Positions 50,551-60,195 of a stretch of DNA of 64,000 nucleotides are shown here, one piece after another; position 1 is the first letter of the stretch, and every line of letters begins with the position of its first letter. Made by a program: the position numbers and the translations under genes. A model generated the notes under the pieces. That model saw only the letters and a list, made by a program, of their open reading frames with translations, had not been told where the DNA came from and searched no databases. The DNA is from a virus, in the IMG/VR virus record IMGVR_UViG_3300025015_000010, positions 96,001-160,000 of that record, one strand, 5' to 3'.

Positions 50551-50970
50551 ATGCCAGTAATCTCATCAGGTGCGGTTGTAGTGTCTATATTTGAAGATAG
50601 CACGAAGGTGCTACTAGTGCATCCGTCTGGACAAAAACTGGCTAATGGTTCTTGGAGTATTCCTAAAGGTGAAGTTGAGTTAGCTGAAGACTATACGGTC
50701 ACAGCGTTACGAGAAGTTAAAGAAGAGACTGGCCTAGACGTAAGTATAGTCTGCCCATTAGGTTCGATTACATACAAGAGTGGCAGAAAGATTGTGTTCG
50801 GTTTTTTGGCAACACCGATAGGCATAGTGAGTCAGGTAATGGAACCCCATTCTTGGGAAGTAGATCGTGTAGAATTTTTTTCAGTAGCCGAGGTCAAAAA
50901 TCTAGTTCATAGGGATCAAGTCGGGTTGATAGAGCGAGCCTTGAAAAGCATAGGTAAAGCATGCCAGTAA
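50551..50970 (+). CDS. Nudix hydrolase
   Basis: PKG.....E....TA.REV.EETG Nudix box. Confidence 0.9.
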   Translation: MPVISSGAVVVSIFEDSTKVLLVHPSGQKLANGSWSIPKGEVELAEDYTVTALREVKEETGLDVSIVCPLGSITYKSGRKIVFGFLATPIGIVSQVMEPHSWEVDRVEFFSVAEVKNLVHRDQVGLIERALKSIGKACQ

Positions 50971-52430
50971 ATTATACTATTCACACCGGCCATGTCCTGG
51001 ATCAGATAAAGAAGTTAGCTTCTAGCAGTGTTCATTGCGTTGTGACGAGTCCGCCCTATTGGGGTCTTAGAGATTACAAGACTGCACCCACAGTTTGGGA
51101 CGGAAACATTCAATGCTCTCATCAATGGACTGAGTCACGTCCAGGCAGACGAGCCAATACAGATGCTGGTCTGGCCTTAACAGGCACAGGTAGTCAGGAA
51201 TCTAGGCTACAGGGTTTGTGCGAAGCCGGAAGCGGTACTTCGAGTGCAGGCCAGTTTTGTTCTCTGTGCAGCGCCTGGCTAGGCAGTTTGGGCCAGGAAC
51301 CGACACCGCAGTTGTATGTGCAGCATCTTGTTCAAGCATTCAAAGAAGTAAAGCGAGTACTCAGGGATGATGGCACTTTGTGGCTTAATTTGGGAGATAC
51401 ATTTTCTGTAGGACCATCAGGTAGGCGCGATCATGGCGTTGAAGGCAGTGGGTCAAAATTAGGCCCTAGCCATGACGGTATTAAAGGCGGATCTGTTATT
51501 CAAGCTACAGGGAATAGGCGCTGTCCTGAAGGACTGAAACCAAAAGACCTGTGTGGCATTCCATGGCACGTAGCTTTTGCACTCCAAGAAGACGGCTGGT
51601 ATCTTCGCTCGGATATTATCTGGGCCAAAGGTGTATCTGGTCAAAAGATTGTCGAGGCACAAGTATTAAAGGCGTTGCAAAATAATAGCATACCCGATGT
51701 CGTAATTGAGAATGTACTAAGAGATTTAGGATTGTATTCGGGTAATCCTATGCCTGAGTCTGTAACAGATCGGCCGACCAGGTCACACGAGTATGTGTTT
51801 TTGTTGGCCAAATCAAAAAAATATTTTTATGACCACGAGGCAATCAAAGAGCCCACGGTTAGCGATCATAATAGTGGTAACGGCTTTAATCGCGAGGCAG
51901 GAGAATCTTATAAAAATACTGACGGTACTTTTAGAGGCAATAATAAACAGTGGGACGCTATTGGTACAACTCGAAATATACGGGATGTATGGGCATTAGT
52001 CACAAAGCCGCTAAAGCTGGCTCATTATGCCGCCTATCCCGTGGACCTGGTTGAGCCCTGTGTCCTGGCCGGAACCAGCGAGCACGGATGTTGTTCTGTC
52101 TGCGGTTCGCCCTATAAGCGCATACTAGAAAAGACTGAAGCAGCAAATCCAGGCTATAATGGCTCAAAGTTTGATTCAGGTAAAACAGGCAGTCGGGATC
52201 GGGGTGAGCGTACTCAGCACGGTGACAGATTTGTTAAGACGACCGCTGGATGGCAAGTTACCTGTGGCTGCACAGGGGCGGACATAAGTCCCTGTACAGT
52301 TTTAGACCCATTTTGTGGAAGTGGTACGACTGGTATAGTCACTTTGAAACATGGCAGAAAATTTATTGGTATAGAATTGAATCCAGAATATACTGAGATG
52401 GCCAAAATGAGAATCGAGTCAGGCAAATGA
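50961..52430 (+). CDS. DNA N4-cytosine/N6-adenine methyltransferase (beta class)
   Basis: TSPPY, NPMPESV, VLDPFCGSGTT, GIELN motifs. Confidence 0.92.
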   Translation: MPVNYTIHTGHVLDQIKKLASSSVHCVVTSPPYWGLRDYKTAPTVWDGNIQCSHQWTESRPGRRANTDAGLALTGTGSQESRLQGLCEAGSGTSSAGQFCSLCSAWLGSLGQEPTPQLYVQHLVQAFKEVKRVLRDDGTLWLNLGDTFSVGPSGRRDHGVEGSGSKLGPSHDGIKGGSVIQATGNRRCPEGLKPKDLCGIPWHVAFALQEDGWYLRSDIIWAKGVSGQKIVEAQVLKALQNNSIPDVVIENVLRDLGLYSGNPMPESVTDRPTRSHEYVFLLAKSKKYFYDHEAIKEPTVSDHNSGNGFNREAGESYKNTDGTFRGNNKQWDAIGTTRNIRDVWALVTKPLKLAHYAAYPVDLVEPCVLAGTSEHGCCSVCGSPYKRILEKTEAANPGYNGSKFDSGKTGSRDRGERTQHGDRFVKTTAGWQVTCGCTGADISPCTVLDPFCGSGTTGIVTLKHGRKFIGIELNPEYTEMAKMRIESGK

Positions 52431-52720
52431 TAGCCGCGTTTCATCTTGAAAAGGACTCGTACTTGTCCGTTTCTGTACTGGCTAAAAATCGTCGTGTTAA
52501 AGTAGTTGTATCCTCAGACGCAAGCGTGAATGTGGCTTTGTTTAGCACTAGTGCCTTTAATGACTACACTACTAAAGGCGAAGCCAACGCCGTGTGGTCT
52601 AGGAAGAACAGACATTTGATCGAAGATATAGTGAATCTGCCAGCGCCTGGAGAATATGTTTTCGTTATTGAAAATTGTGGTTCTGATGCCCTTGGGGGCA
52701 CCTGGGAAATATATGAGTAA
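52427..52720 (+). CDS. hypothetical beta-sandwich protein
   Basis: ORF in operon. Confidence 0.6.
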   Translation: MIAAFHLEKDSYLSVSVLAKNRRVKVVVSSDASVNVALFSTSAFNDYTTKGEANAVWSRKNRHLIEDIVNLPAPGEYVFVIENCGSDALGGTWEIYE

Positions 52721-52948
52721 TAAATCTCCAGAAAAAATCGCTGTTCCAAGTTGGATCGCCGGGGCAGGTTTGTTTACAGGTTTTGTATTAGCCTATTTAT
52801 CAAAATCGCCCAGAATGTTTGAAGAAGTCCACGCGGCGCTTAAAGAATTCCACTCTCCCAAGCCACCAGTAATAACAACTATTAGCTCGTCAGGCGAGCA
52901 AGTCACCCACGAAATTGTCATATTGGGATTGAACGGCAAGCCATTCGG

Positions 52949-52978
52949 CGGACAGCCTAGCTAAAAAAGTGGTAGACT
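52949..52978 (+). promoter_or_regulatory. putative phage-type promoter motif, copy 5
   Basis: CGGAC-N14-AGTGGTAGACT heading the 53016-57776 cluster. Confidence 0.65.
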
Positions 52979-53015
52979 AGAAATAGTAGATTTTCTATTC
53001 TATCTGAGGCTGTTT

Positions 53016-53300
53016 ATGGATCTGTCACCTAGAATTCAAGAAGCTATAGGCAAACTATTTTCTAAGCTTGAAGGTAATACTTTCAAGTGTGGCGATAGTG
53101 TTGTCGTAGACGGCTGCTGGATCGAATCACATACATTAGGCTGTCGAAATGCAGCCGATGAGCCCAGAGATATTTGGGAAGAATCCCACGATAAAATATT
53201 GCAAGAATATCTAAATGATGGCAAATCTTATGTAGATTTAGACGAGTCTACTAGAATATTTGTTACAGTAACTCCAACAAGAAAAATCTTCTGTGAGTAA
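53016..53300 (+). CDS. hypothetical protein
   Basis: GAGG RBS. Confidence 0.6.
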   Translation: MDLSPRIQEAIGKLFSKLEGNTFKCGDSVVVDGCWIESHTLGCRNAADEPRDIWEESHDKILQEYLNDGKSYVDLDESTRIFVTVTPTRKIFCE

Positions 53301-53742
53301 ATGCCTGGCTATAGATTATTCTTTGTACCAAGGTATTCCTAAGGAAATACGTAAAGAACTGTATGAGCTAGCCTTTCATGGGCAAGGAATGCTGCGCAGC
53401 TTTTTTCGAAAGCCTTATCTGGTTGACTGTGTGGTAGCCTGGCATAATGATAAGCCGATAGGTTGGTCTGCTGCCTCCTTAGAGCCGGTTGAACACACGT
53501 TCGGTGTTGTTAGACAGAGTGCTCATCTGTATATCTATGTTGGTACTTACGTATTAAAAAAATACAGATCTGTTGGCATAGGTACAGAGTTGTTAAAAAG
53601 ACTCAGTATACACTTGTGTGATTCGTATAAGTCCGGAGATATCTTTGCAACGCAAAAAGCACTGGATATAATATATCGAGCTAAGGGCAAGCGTAAAAGC
53701 TGTTTAGGCTATAATGTGCTGTGGGAAGATAATCATGGGTAG
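53293..53742 (+). CDS. GNAT acetyltransferase
   Basis: YV.KKYRSVGIGTELL. Confidence 0.7.
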   Translation: MSKCLAIDYSLYQGIPKEIRKELYELAFHGQGMLRSFFRKPYLVDCVVAWHNDKPIGWSAASLEPVEHTFGVVRQSAHLYIYVGTYVLKKYRSVGIGTELLKRLSIHLCDSYKSGDIFATQKALDIIYRAKGKRKSCLGYNVLWEDNHG

Positions 53743-53750
53743 TTATTATT

Positions 53751-54125
53751 GTGACATTATATAATCATATTTTATCTCTTAGACCAAAGATAGTTGAAGC
53801 TGCTCAACGAGTCTACGATGAGTGGGATCAGGATTCCGATGGCTTTGATCCAAACTTCGGTCAAGGCGGTATTTGTACCGACATAGCCCAGGAAATCGGC
53901 GGCATTCTGTCTGAAGCAGGCATAGATGTCACGGATGGTGGCCAAGAAGGCATGGATCATGCCTGGGTGGTGGCTTATGATGCTAAAAGCGCCTATGATG
54001 TGGATATTCCGTGCCACATCTATGAGGACGGTTCGGGGTATACCTGGATGAAGATTTGGGGCGTTAAGTTCACAGTAGACGACGTAGTTATGTCTAAAAT
54101 TAACAGGGCCGATTTAGATGACTAA
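53751..54125 (+). CDS. transglutaminase/papain-like hypothetical protein
   Basis: GGIC..IA, HAWV, VDI catalytic-triad-like pattern. Confidence 0.5.
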   Translation: MTLYNHILSLRPKIVEAAQRVYDEWDQDSDGFDPNFGQGGICTDIAQEIGGILSEAGIDVTDGGQEGMDHAWVVAYDAKSAYDVDIPCHIYEDGSGYTWMKIWGVKFTVDDVVMSKINRADLDD

Positions 54126-54627
54126 AATCTACAACAATTACTGGCAAGATGCTCTGCATGAGTTAGCTTGTCTACTGCCGTTAGTTCCATTCCGTTCTTG
54201 GGAATACACGCTGCCACCAGAGCGACCACGTAAGTTCTTTGGCCAGTCCGTTGAATATTTGGCCTTAGAGTTTAGCGAGGATAAGTACGATACTAGGAAT
54301 TGGGCTGGTCTCAGTGACTTTGTAGACGGTCCATTAGTAGGTAACGGCTTGGCTTTGTACATCACACTTAATGCCGATGGCATTGACAGGCGAGAATTCA
54401 ATGCCAGATATCCCGATGTGCCCGTGCAGAATAGATACCTGTTTATTTTAGCCCATGAAGTTGGCCATGCCTTGCGTGGCAGTACCGAAACAGCCGCCGA
54501 CGATTTCGCTTTTGAATTGCTGGGACTAGAACAAGATATCGAGGCTAAATCTTACCGAGATGGCCAGTATGTCATAATTCACGAAAAGCGTAAAAAGTTA
54601 CGTGACAAATTATTCGGGCCTAAATAA
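54118..54627 (+). CDS. zincin metallopeptidase-like protein
   Basis: LAHEVGH...E..AD.FA. Confidence 0.7.
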   Translation: MTKIYNNYWQDALHELACLLPLVPFRSWEYTLPPERPRKFFGQSVEYLALEFSEDKYDTRNWAGLSDFVDGPLVGNGLALYITLNADGIDRREFNARYPDVPVQNRYLFILAHEVGHALRGSTETAADDFAFELLGLEQDIEAKSYRDGQYVIIHEKRKKLRDKLFGPK

Positions 54628-55175
54628 TGCCTTGCTTCTGGAAAAATTTTGAGGCTAGCACTGATCTTGAGCAAGACAGTGAAGCAGCCCTCGTTTACTC
54701 AGTTCAGGATGAGGTAGATATATCGTTATCTTCTTTGTACCACTGGCATTATGAGCCGTGTTGGGCTATTCAAGATCTGTTAAGTAAAATGCCTGCAAAG
54801 AGGCATAAAGATCCGAGAGGCTGGACACGTTGGTTGGATGCAGAGATTGAAGAGCGCATAGAAGACATGGACGATGGCTATTATGATGAACTTTGGCGTT
54901 GGTGGTCGGAAGATCCGGCTGTTGCCCCGATTATGGTACCGCTGAACAGTAGGGGCAGAGTAGATAAGAATAATCTAGAGGCCAATCCTATCTGGGCAGG
55001 ACATCACAGGTTGGCTTTAGCAATCGAGCATGGCTGGACCCATGTTCCAGTGATCTACAGTATACTTAAGGACGACACGGGGATTCAGCAGGCCCTGATT
55101 GATGCTAATAAACGTTTTGGAATGTACGTAGCAGCTAGTTTAGACAGACACTATCTAAAAGTATCGAGGAAATAA
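54627..55175 (+). CDS. ParB/sulfiredoxin-like domain protein
   Basis: PI.V ... GHHRL.LA...G...VPV. Confidence 0.6.
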   Translation: MPCFWKNFEASTDLEQDSEAALVYSVQDEVDISLSSLYHWHYEPCWAIQDLLSKMPAKRHKDPRGWTRWLDAEIEERIEDMDDGYYDELWRWWSEDPAVAPIMVPLNSRGRVDKNNLEANPIWAGHHRLALAIEHGWTHVPVIYSILKDDTGIQQALIDANKRFGMYVAASLDRHYLKVSRK

Positions 55176-55978
55176 TGGCTAACTATGAAAACTGGGTTTT
55201 GGCGATGCACCAGGCTATTGATGACGAGACTCTAATCCCAGAATTTGAACAGAACCCACGAGAGGCACTGGAATTTTTCAGACAAGCTATTTTGGATCGA
55301 CGAGATAGAGTGAAATATGATGTTATTGATCATGTTCGTATGTATCCGTTTGTAGAGCCAGTCACAATGTCTATTATGGTTGATGCTTTTGCTCGGCTAA
55401 AAGACAGAGAACTGTTGTCGCATGCAGGTCAAATTGTTATTATCGAGTGGACTTGTGAGCCAGACCGTGACTATCGTGGTTATCCATTACTGGTTCTGGA
55501 CATGCTTCGGCTAGTTAGACACAGTCTCTATAAGACTGTAGAAGACGGTGGCATAACACTAGGAGATTTCTTAGTCAGGCAAGGCGTATTTCGACAGATT
55601 TTTGAGGTACTAGTTTCTGGGGAAGATTTCGGCAAGAAAGTACTATACGCAGCGGCCGAGCAATTAACTGAAAGCTCTGATACGGACTCGATGGAGCATC
55701 TGGGTATTATAAGACAACTGCTTGAAAATCACAAAGATTCTAAGGTACGAGATATTTTTGAGAAATATTATGGCTGGTTAGCTACCAGAGATCCGATGGG
55801 CGATTTTCTAGCCGAAATCGAAAGAAAAGCTAGGGCGCGTGGGATCTCTGAGAAGGAAGTAAAAAATACACTAAGACAGGCAATCAAAAATTACAAGGCA
55901 CTGTTTGGTGCTTACAATCTTGTGAAGCAGGATCTCGATTCCCAGAATGACTTGGTCGAAGATGACGACCAGAATTAA
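55175..55978 (+). CDS. hypothetical helical protein
   Basis: ORF in operon. Confidence 0.7.
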   Translation: MANYENWVLAMHQAIDDETLIPEFEQNPREALEFFRQAILDRRDRVKYDVIDHVRMYPFVEPVTMSIMVDAFARLKDRELLSHAGQIVIIEWTCEPDRDYRGYPLLVLDMLRLVRHSLYKTVEDGGITLGDFLVRQGVFRQIFEVLVSGEDFGKKVLYAAAEQLTESSDTDSMEHLGIIRQLLENHKDSKVRDIFEKYYGWLATRDPMGDFLAEIERKARARGISEKEVKNTLRQAIKNYKALFGAYNLVKQDLDSQNDLVEDDDQN

Positions 55979-56618
55979 AATCGATCAAGAGATAGTACGC
56001 CTGATAAATGAAATAACATCAAGTTTGGACGGAATGACACGGTATGTTCTAACTGAGTGGACTCAAGGTACAATCTGCGGAGTAACACCACGTTTAGATG
56101 ATTATACCGACGTATTATACGCTTCGTTTAAACCTTTACGCAGATTTCTAGCTTATAAATATGGCCAGAAAGTTACCATGTTTCGTGGTGAACCGATAGA
56201 AATCCCTTGCATAGATCGCAAGTGGCTGTCGTGGACAACTAATCACGGGCTAGCAGCAGTTTTTGCAGATAGGAAAGAGCATCATATAGTAAAAGCCGAA
56301 GTAGATGTCAATGACGTAGTGGCTGGTATCGTACTACATGAAGGCGAGTACTACATTGAATATCTAATTTTAGACCGACCGGAATACCACGATTATGGCC
56401 GTCTTGTGCCAGTGCGGGGACAGATGCATGTTGATACGTCTGTAAGCAGATATGCCAAAAGTGTGATTAGAGACGCTGGAGGAGAGATATTGCGAACTTG
56501 GGTTCATGAGAGCGATGACGATTTTGAGTTTATCACTTTTGTGCTGCCAGCCGACGCTGTTTTACCGGGCTTTAGTTTTGAAATTATCGGACATTACCCT
56601 GATGGATTCGAACCGTGA
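55947..56618 (+). CDS. ADP-ribosyltransferase-like (R-S-E) protein
   Basis: MFRG, LSWT.....A..FA, E.L pattern. Confidence 0.5.
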   Translation: MTWSKMTTRIKIDQEIVRLINEITSSLDGMTRYVLTEWTQGTICGVTPRLDDYTDVLYASFKPLRRFLAYKYGQKVTMFRGEPIEIPCIDRKWLSWTTNHGLAAVFADRKEHHIVKAEVDVNDVVAGIVLHEGEYYIEYLILDRPEYHDYGRLVPVRGQMHVDTSVSRYAKSVIRDAGGEILRTWVHESDDDFEFITFVLPADAVLPGFSFEIIGHYPDGFEP

Positions 56619-57193
56619 ATAATTTACCTTTTGATTCTGCATACCACGCGACATACAGGTATAGAGCTATAAAGCAAGGTGGTTTGTGTGTTCCGCCGCT
56701 TGGTGTGTCACTGGACGGTCGTGATTTTTGGCCGAGACAAGTATTTGATCAATATCAAGATATGGTTTTCGAAAATGAGCACGTCGATAACTATCTAGGT
56801 TTCACGCCCAAAAAATTTACAGACATGGTTGGCAAGGTGTCGCTGCTTTTTGTAATTACGGATTTGCGCGAGGCTAGAGCTATCAAGCAAGTTCTTAGAG
56901 ATGGCACCACACTGTTCGAAGGACATTCAATCGCCGACTTAGTTTCAGGATGGAATCCCGACAAAGATGTAAAAATATTGAAAGTAAATATGCTAGATTT
57001 ACCTGTGTTATACTGGTTTCCTGATCGTGCTTATGAGCAGTATGACGATAAGTACAGGTGGCGCTTCGACGAGTATGGAATATCGTTGGACGGTGATTAT
57101 GACGATAGCGATTGGGATTTTAGCAGCTATGTTTTAGTGCTACCCACCGAGTGTCCACAAGTACCAAGCAGAGCATTTAAGGCAATAAAATAA
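56615..57193 (+). CDS. hypothetical protein, ART-like N-terminus
   Basis: YHAT.....I...GL; ends VP..AF. Confidence 0.45.
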   Translation: MNNLPFDSAYHATYRYRAIKQGGLCVPPLGVSLDGRDFWPRQVFDQYQDMVFENEHVDNYLGFTPKKFTDMVGKVSLLFVITDLREARAIKQVLRDGTTLFEGHSIADLVSGWNPDKDVKILKVNMLDLPVLYWFPDRAYEQYDDKYRWRFDEYGISLDGDYDDSDWDFSSYVLVLPTECPQVPSRAFKAIK

Positions 57194-57227
57194 GGGGCCG
57201 TCAAATGGATACCCCCCCCCTAAAATA

Positions 57228-57776
57228 ATGGCTAGGCGAGTGTATAAAAATGTCTACCATGGCACGTACTGGCCGATGCCCGAAAAGCTTAATGATCAGT
57301 GGGAACCGTTCATCGATCTGGACCCTGATCGTTCGGACTACGGAGCCGTGTGGTTTACTCAGAGCGAAAAAGACGCAGAGTTTTTCGCCGCATGGCATAG
57401 TTCAAATGGATACCCCCCTAGGTCAAAATCTGGTAATGATACACTTGTTATGTTCAGGGCCAGACTAGAATTGCCTAACGCCCGTGTGGCCACGCCTAGA
57501 TGGCTAGAGCTAAAGGGTCAAGAAATCCGAGAATATGGTGATGGCGTAACTGATATTGGCATTATGTGGGAAGAAGCCAGAGACGAAGGCAAAGATGCTT
57601 TTATAGTGTCAGCTAATTATCAGTGCGGCGGCGATGACATTGCAGTTTTCGACTTACGAGGATTCAGCTTACAGGGCATCAAAACCAAGCTTCCTGGCCA
57701 GGACTGGACTGAATACATGGAAGCGGAAGAAGCTGTGAGATTGTTTAAGCAGTTTTGGGGATGGTCTGAAGAATGA
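57228..57776 (+). CDS. ADP-ribosyltransferase-like protein (ART-PolyVal-like)
   Basis: VYHGT, VWFT.....A..FA, G.DA.I, IAVFD. Confidence 0.6.
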   Translation: MARRVYKNVYHGTYWPMPEKLNDQWEPFIDLDPDRSDYGAVWFTQSEKDAEFFAAWHSSNGYPPRSKSGNDTLVMFRARLELPNARVATPRWLELKGQEIREYGDGVTDIGIMWEEARDEGKDAFIVSANYQCGGDDIAVFDLRGFSLQGIKTKLPGQDWTEYMEAEEAVRLFKQFWGWSEE

Positions 57777-58063
57777 TCCAAATAGTTAACAGTCATACCC
57801 ACAGTCCCACAAACGACGACGTCTATATTGGTAGACCGTCGCTGTTTGGCAATCCGGTTTCTCATCGGCAAGAAAGCACGGCTGTTATACAGGTAGAAAC
57901 TCGTGAGAATGCCGTACAAGCTTACGAAGATTGGTTATTGGGCCGCGACTACACTGACGATGGGACCAGCGACCGCAAGCCCCGGAATTTATTTCGGGGC
58001 TTGCGGTCGCTGGTCCCATCGTCAGGACAGGTAAATGATTTGACAGTTGAGAAAATTACTTAG
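57773..58063 (+). pseudogene. DUF4326-family protein disrupted by a long palindrome
   Basis: DVYIGRPS.FGNP N-terminus; expected C-terminal C.C...CH.D region absent. Confidence 0.65.
57954..58025. repeat. 72-bp palindrome (31-bp perfect arms, 10-nt centre)
   Basis: CTGACGATGGGACCAGCGACCGCAAGCCCCG and its exact reverse complement. Confidence 0.95.
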
Positions 58064-59173
58064 CTATTTCTTCGCGTAGCCAGGTCTCCAGTTCGCTAAG
58101 TATATCTTCTTCGAGATCTAGTTCATCCTCCAGAAACAGCATTTGATCGAGTACTTCCTGTAGTGTTTTACGGTCCATGATCAGTTTCCCTTCTTATCTA
58201 AGCTTTTGATTGCGTCAATCTCAGGACGGTCGGCCATGATTACACCGTCCACTAGTTGAAATATAACCGTATGCCCACAGGGCAGTGTAACACTTACTGC
58301 TGCATTCTCTGGTTCGATACTCAAGGTCTTCCCGTAATATTCTTCGTGATTAACGGTGCATTCCGTGTTTCGCGCACTAGTGCAGCCTAAAAGGCACAGA
58401 CTAAGGCAGATTAGTAGTCTTAGCATCGAATACCCTGTATGTAGAATTCGATGCGCTTACCGCATCCAGCACAGACATGCTCATAGCGCCCAGGCTGAAA
58501 AACCTGGCGGCTAGGTATATTGTGGTCTGGGTGCATGCATTGCGTGATATGATCCTCACGTGGTGTACTGATTTTTCGTGTAGGCATTCCATCTCCTTTA
58601 ATAGTACCGCCGACGGTATATCGGCTCGTCATCAAACTCGTTCGTTAATCAATGCAGTAATCACGAAAATAAGCACTGTAGCTAGCGGACTAGGATCAAT
58701 AGTTAAGTACGAAAAGTCTCTGAAGCGCTTCCTATGCCACTTTTCCTCGATTACTGGCCGAGTACTAGGCTTTTCGCCTCGATTTCAATGTCTTTGTAAT
58801 CTGACCACGAAAACGCCCGAGCCTCCTGGTTAGATAGGAGTAGTGTATACTATTTTTTACAACAGTCAAGAGCCAATTTCTGGCCAAGCGAGTTAGATGT
58901 TCGCCTTCGATTTTGAAACAGACAGCTTTAGTACTCATGGTTAGTCCCCAGTTATGGCAGAAAGGGCCGTCTTGACGTCTTCACCGAGAAACACGCCGTC
59001 AAGCCACCAACCAGCGTGTGTATCACCGTGAGAGTCTTCACGCTTTTCATGCACAGCGCCAGCACTACGAAGCTTGAGCATGCGTTCGTTATCGCGGCAG
59101 TAACGTGGCGTCAAGTCCAAGCCATGCCATTCAGTAATCATGGGTGTTTCTCCATTAGGGTTAATTACAGCAT

Positions 59174-59305
59174 CAGGCTTATCGGGTTAACGCCTCTAAG
59201 GTAAATGTTAGCCACTACGTGTAGTACCTTTTTTGGAGAACACGCCTATAGACACCACGGATAGACCCTAACAAAGAACTAATAGTCGTTAACCCGATAA
59301 GCCTG
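59174..59305. mobile_element. 132-bp MITE with IS1595-type ends
   Basis: 19-bp perfect TIRs CAGGCTTATCGGGTTAACG; 8-bp TSD TACAGCAT at 59166-59173 and 59306-59313. Confidence 0.93.
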
Positions 59306-59341
59306 TACAGCATACCAGATTTTATTGTGAAGTCAAGAGCT

Positions 59342-59451
59342 AATTTCTAATAGGTGTGCCTCGCCTGAATTACCCGCGACAGTCTGCGCTAGGCCATGAC
59401 TGAGAGCAAAGCATCTTACCTGGGGACGGCATACCCGACCCACTAGAAATT
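59342..59451. ncRNA. candidate structured intergenic RNA
   Basis: nested stems AATTTCTA/TAGAAATT and GGTGTGCC/GGCATACC. Confidence 0.35.
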
Positions 59452-60195
59452 TACTCGACGATCTTGTATTTTACTCGACTGTTTACTTTGTGCCAGCTAG
59501 TAGCATCGCTAAACTCTTGAGTGTGTTCAAGTTGAAGATACAATGCTCCATTTTTGTCTTTTTCAGGCCACCCGAATACCCACCCATGCTCATCGTTATT
59601 TATGGCCTGAAGCGTATTTAAATCAAGAAATTTTGCGTCAAGAATCCTGAGTGGAATATCTTCTCCGAAGTCCGATATGATTTTCTTACCGACCAGTTTC
59701 TTGGCACGAGTGAGTTTACTCACAGTCAATCCATTCTGTAAGGCTCATAGGAGCCACTATCTACTTGGACAGTCCACGCATCAAATGTGGCAATCGCTTT
59801 TGACCCAACCATCGACTTCAGCTTTTCCAACAACAGTGCCGGTTCGCGTACAACACTATGGCTATCGGCAGTTAGCGTAACTGTGAATGTTACTTGGCCG
59901 GTTTTGCGCTTATCACACACCATGATTATTCTCCTTAGTGTCTAAGTTTTGGACAAGATTCATGGCGGCATTAAGATCGTCAGCAGCGTTTTGAGCTGCC
60001 TTTAGGCTATAAAATGTAAGTAGTGCTCGGTCGTTCCAAGTCATATTTGAAGCTTTAACGCTGGCCACCTTTAGATGGTCCCAATACTTGGCCTCAAAAG
60101 GTCCAATCAGGTCGATGCCGTATACGGCTATTCCATCGTTGTTTCTTAGTACAAGTAGTGTTTTTAGGGCCTGTATTAGAATAGTGCTGTCAACG

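Noticed and set aside
51625-51745. Intein in the methyltransferase (insert between IWAK and NPMPESV)
   Set aside because: Only about 38 aa, with no Cys/Ser start or His-Asn end
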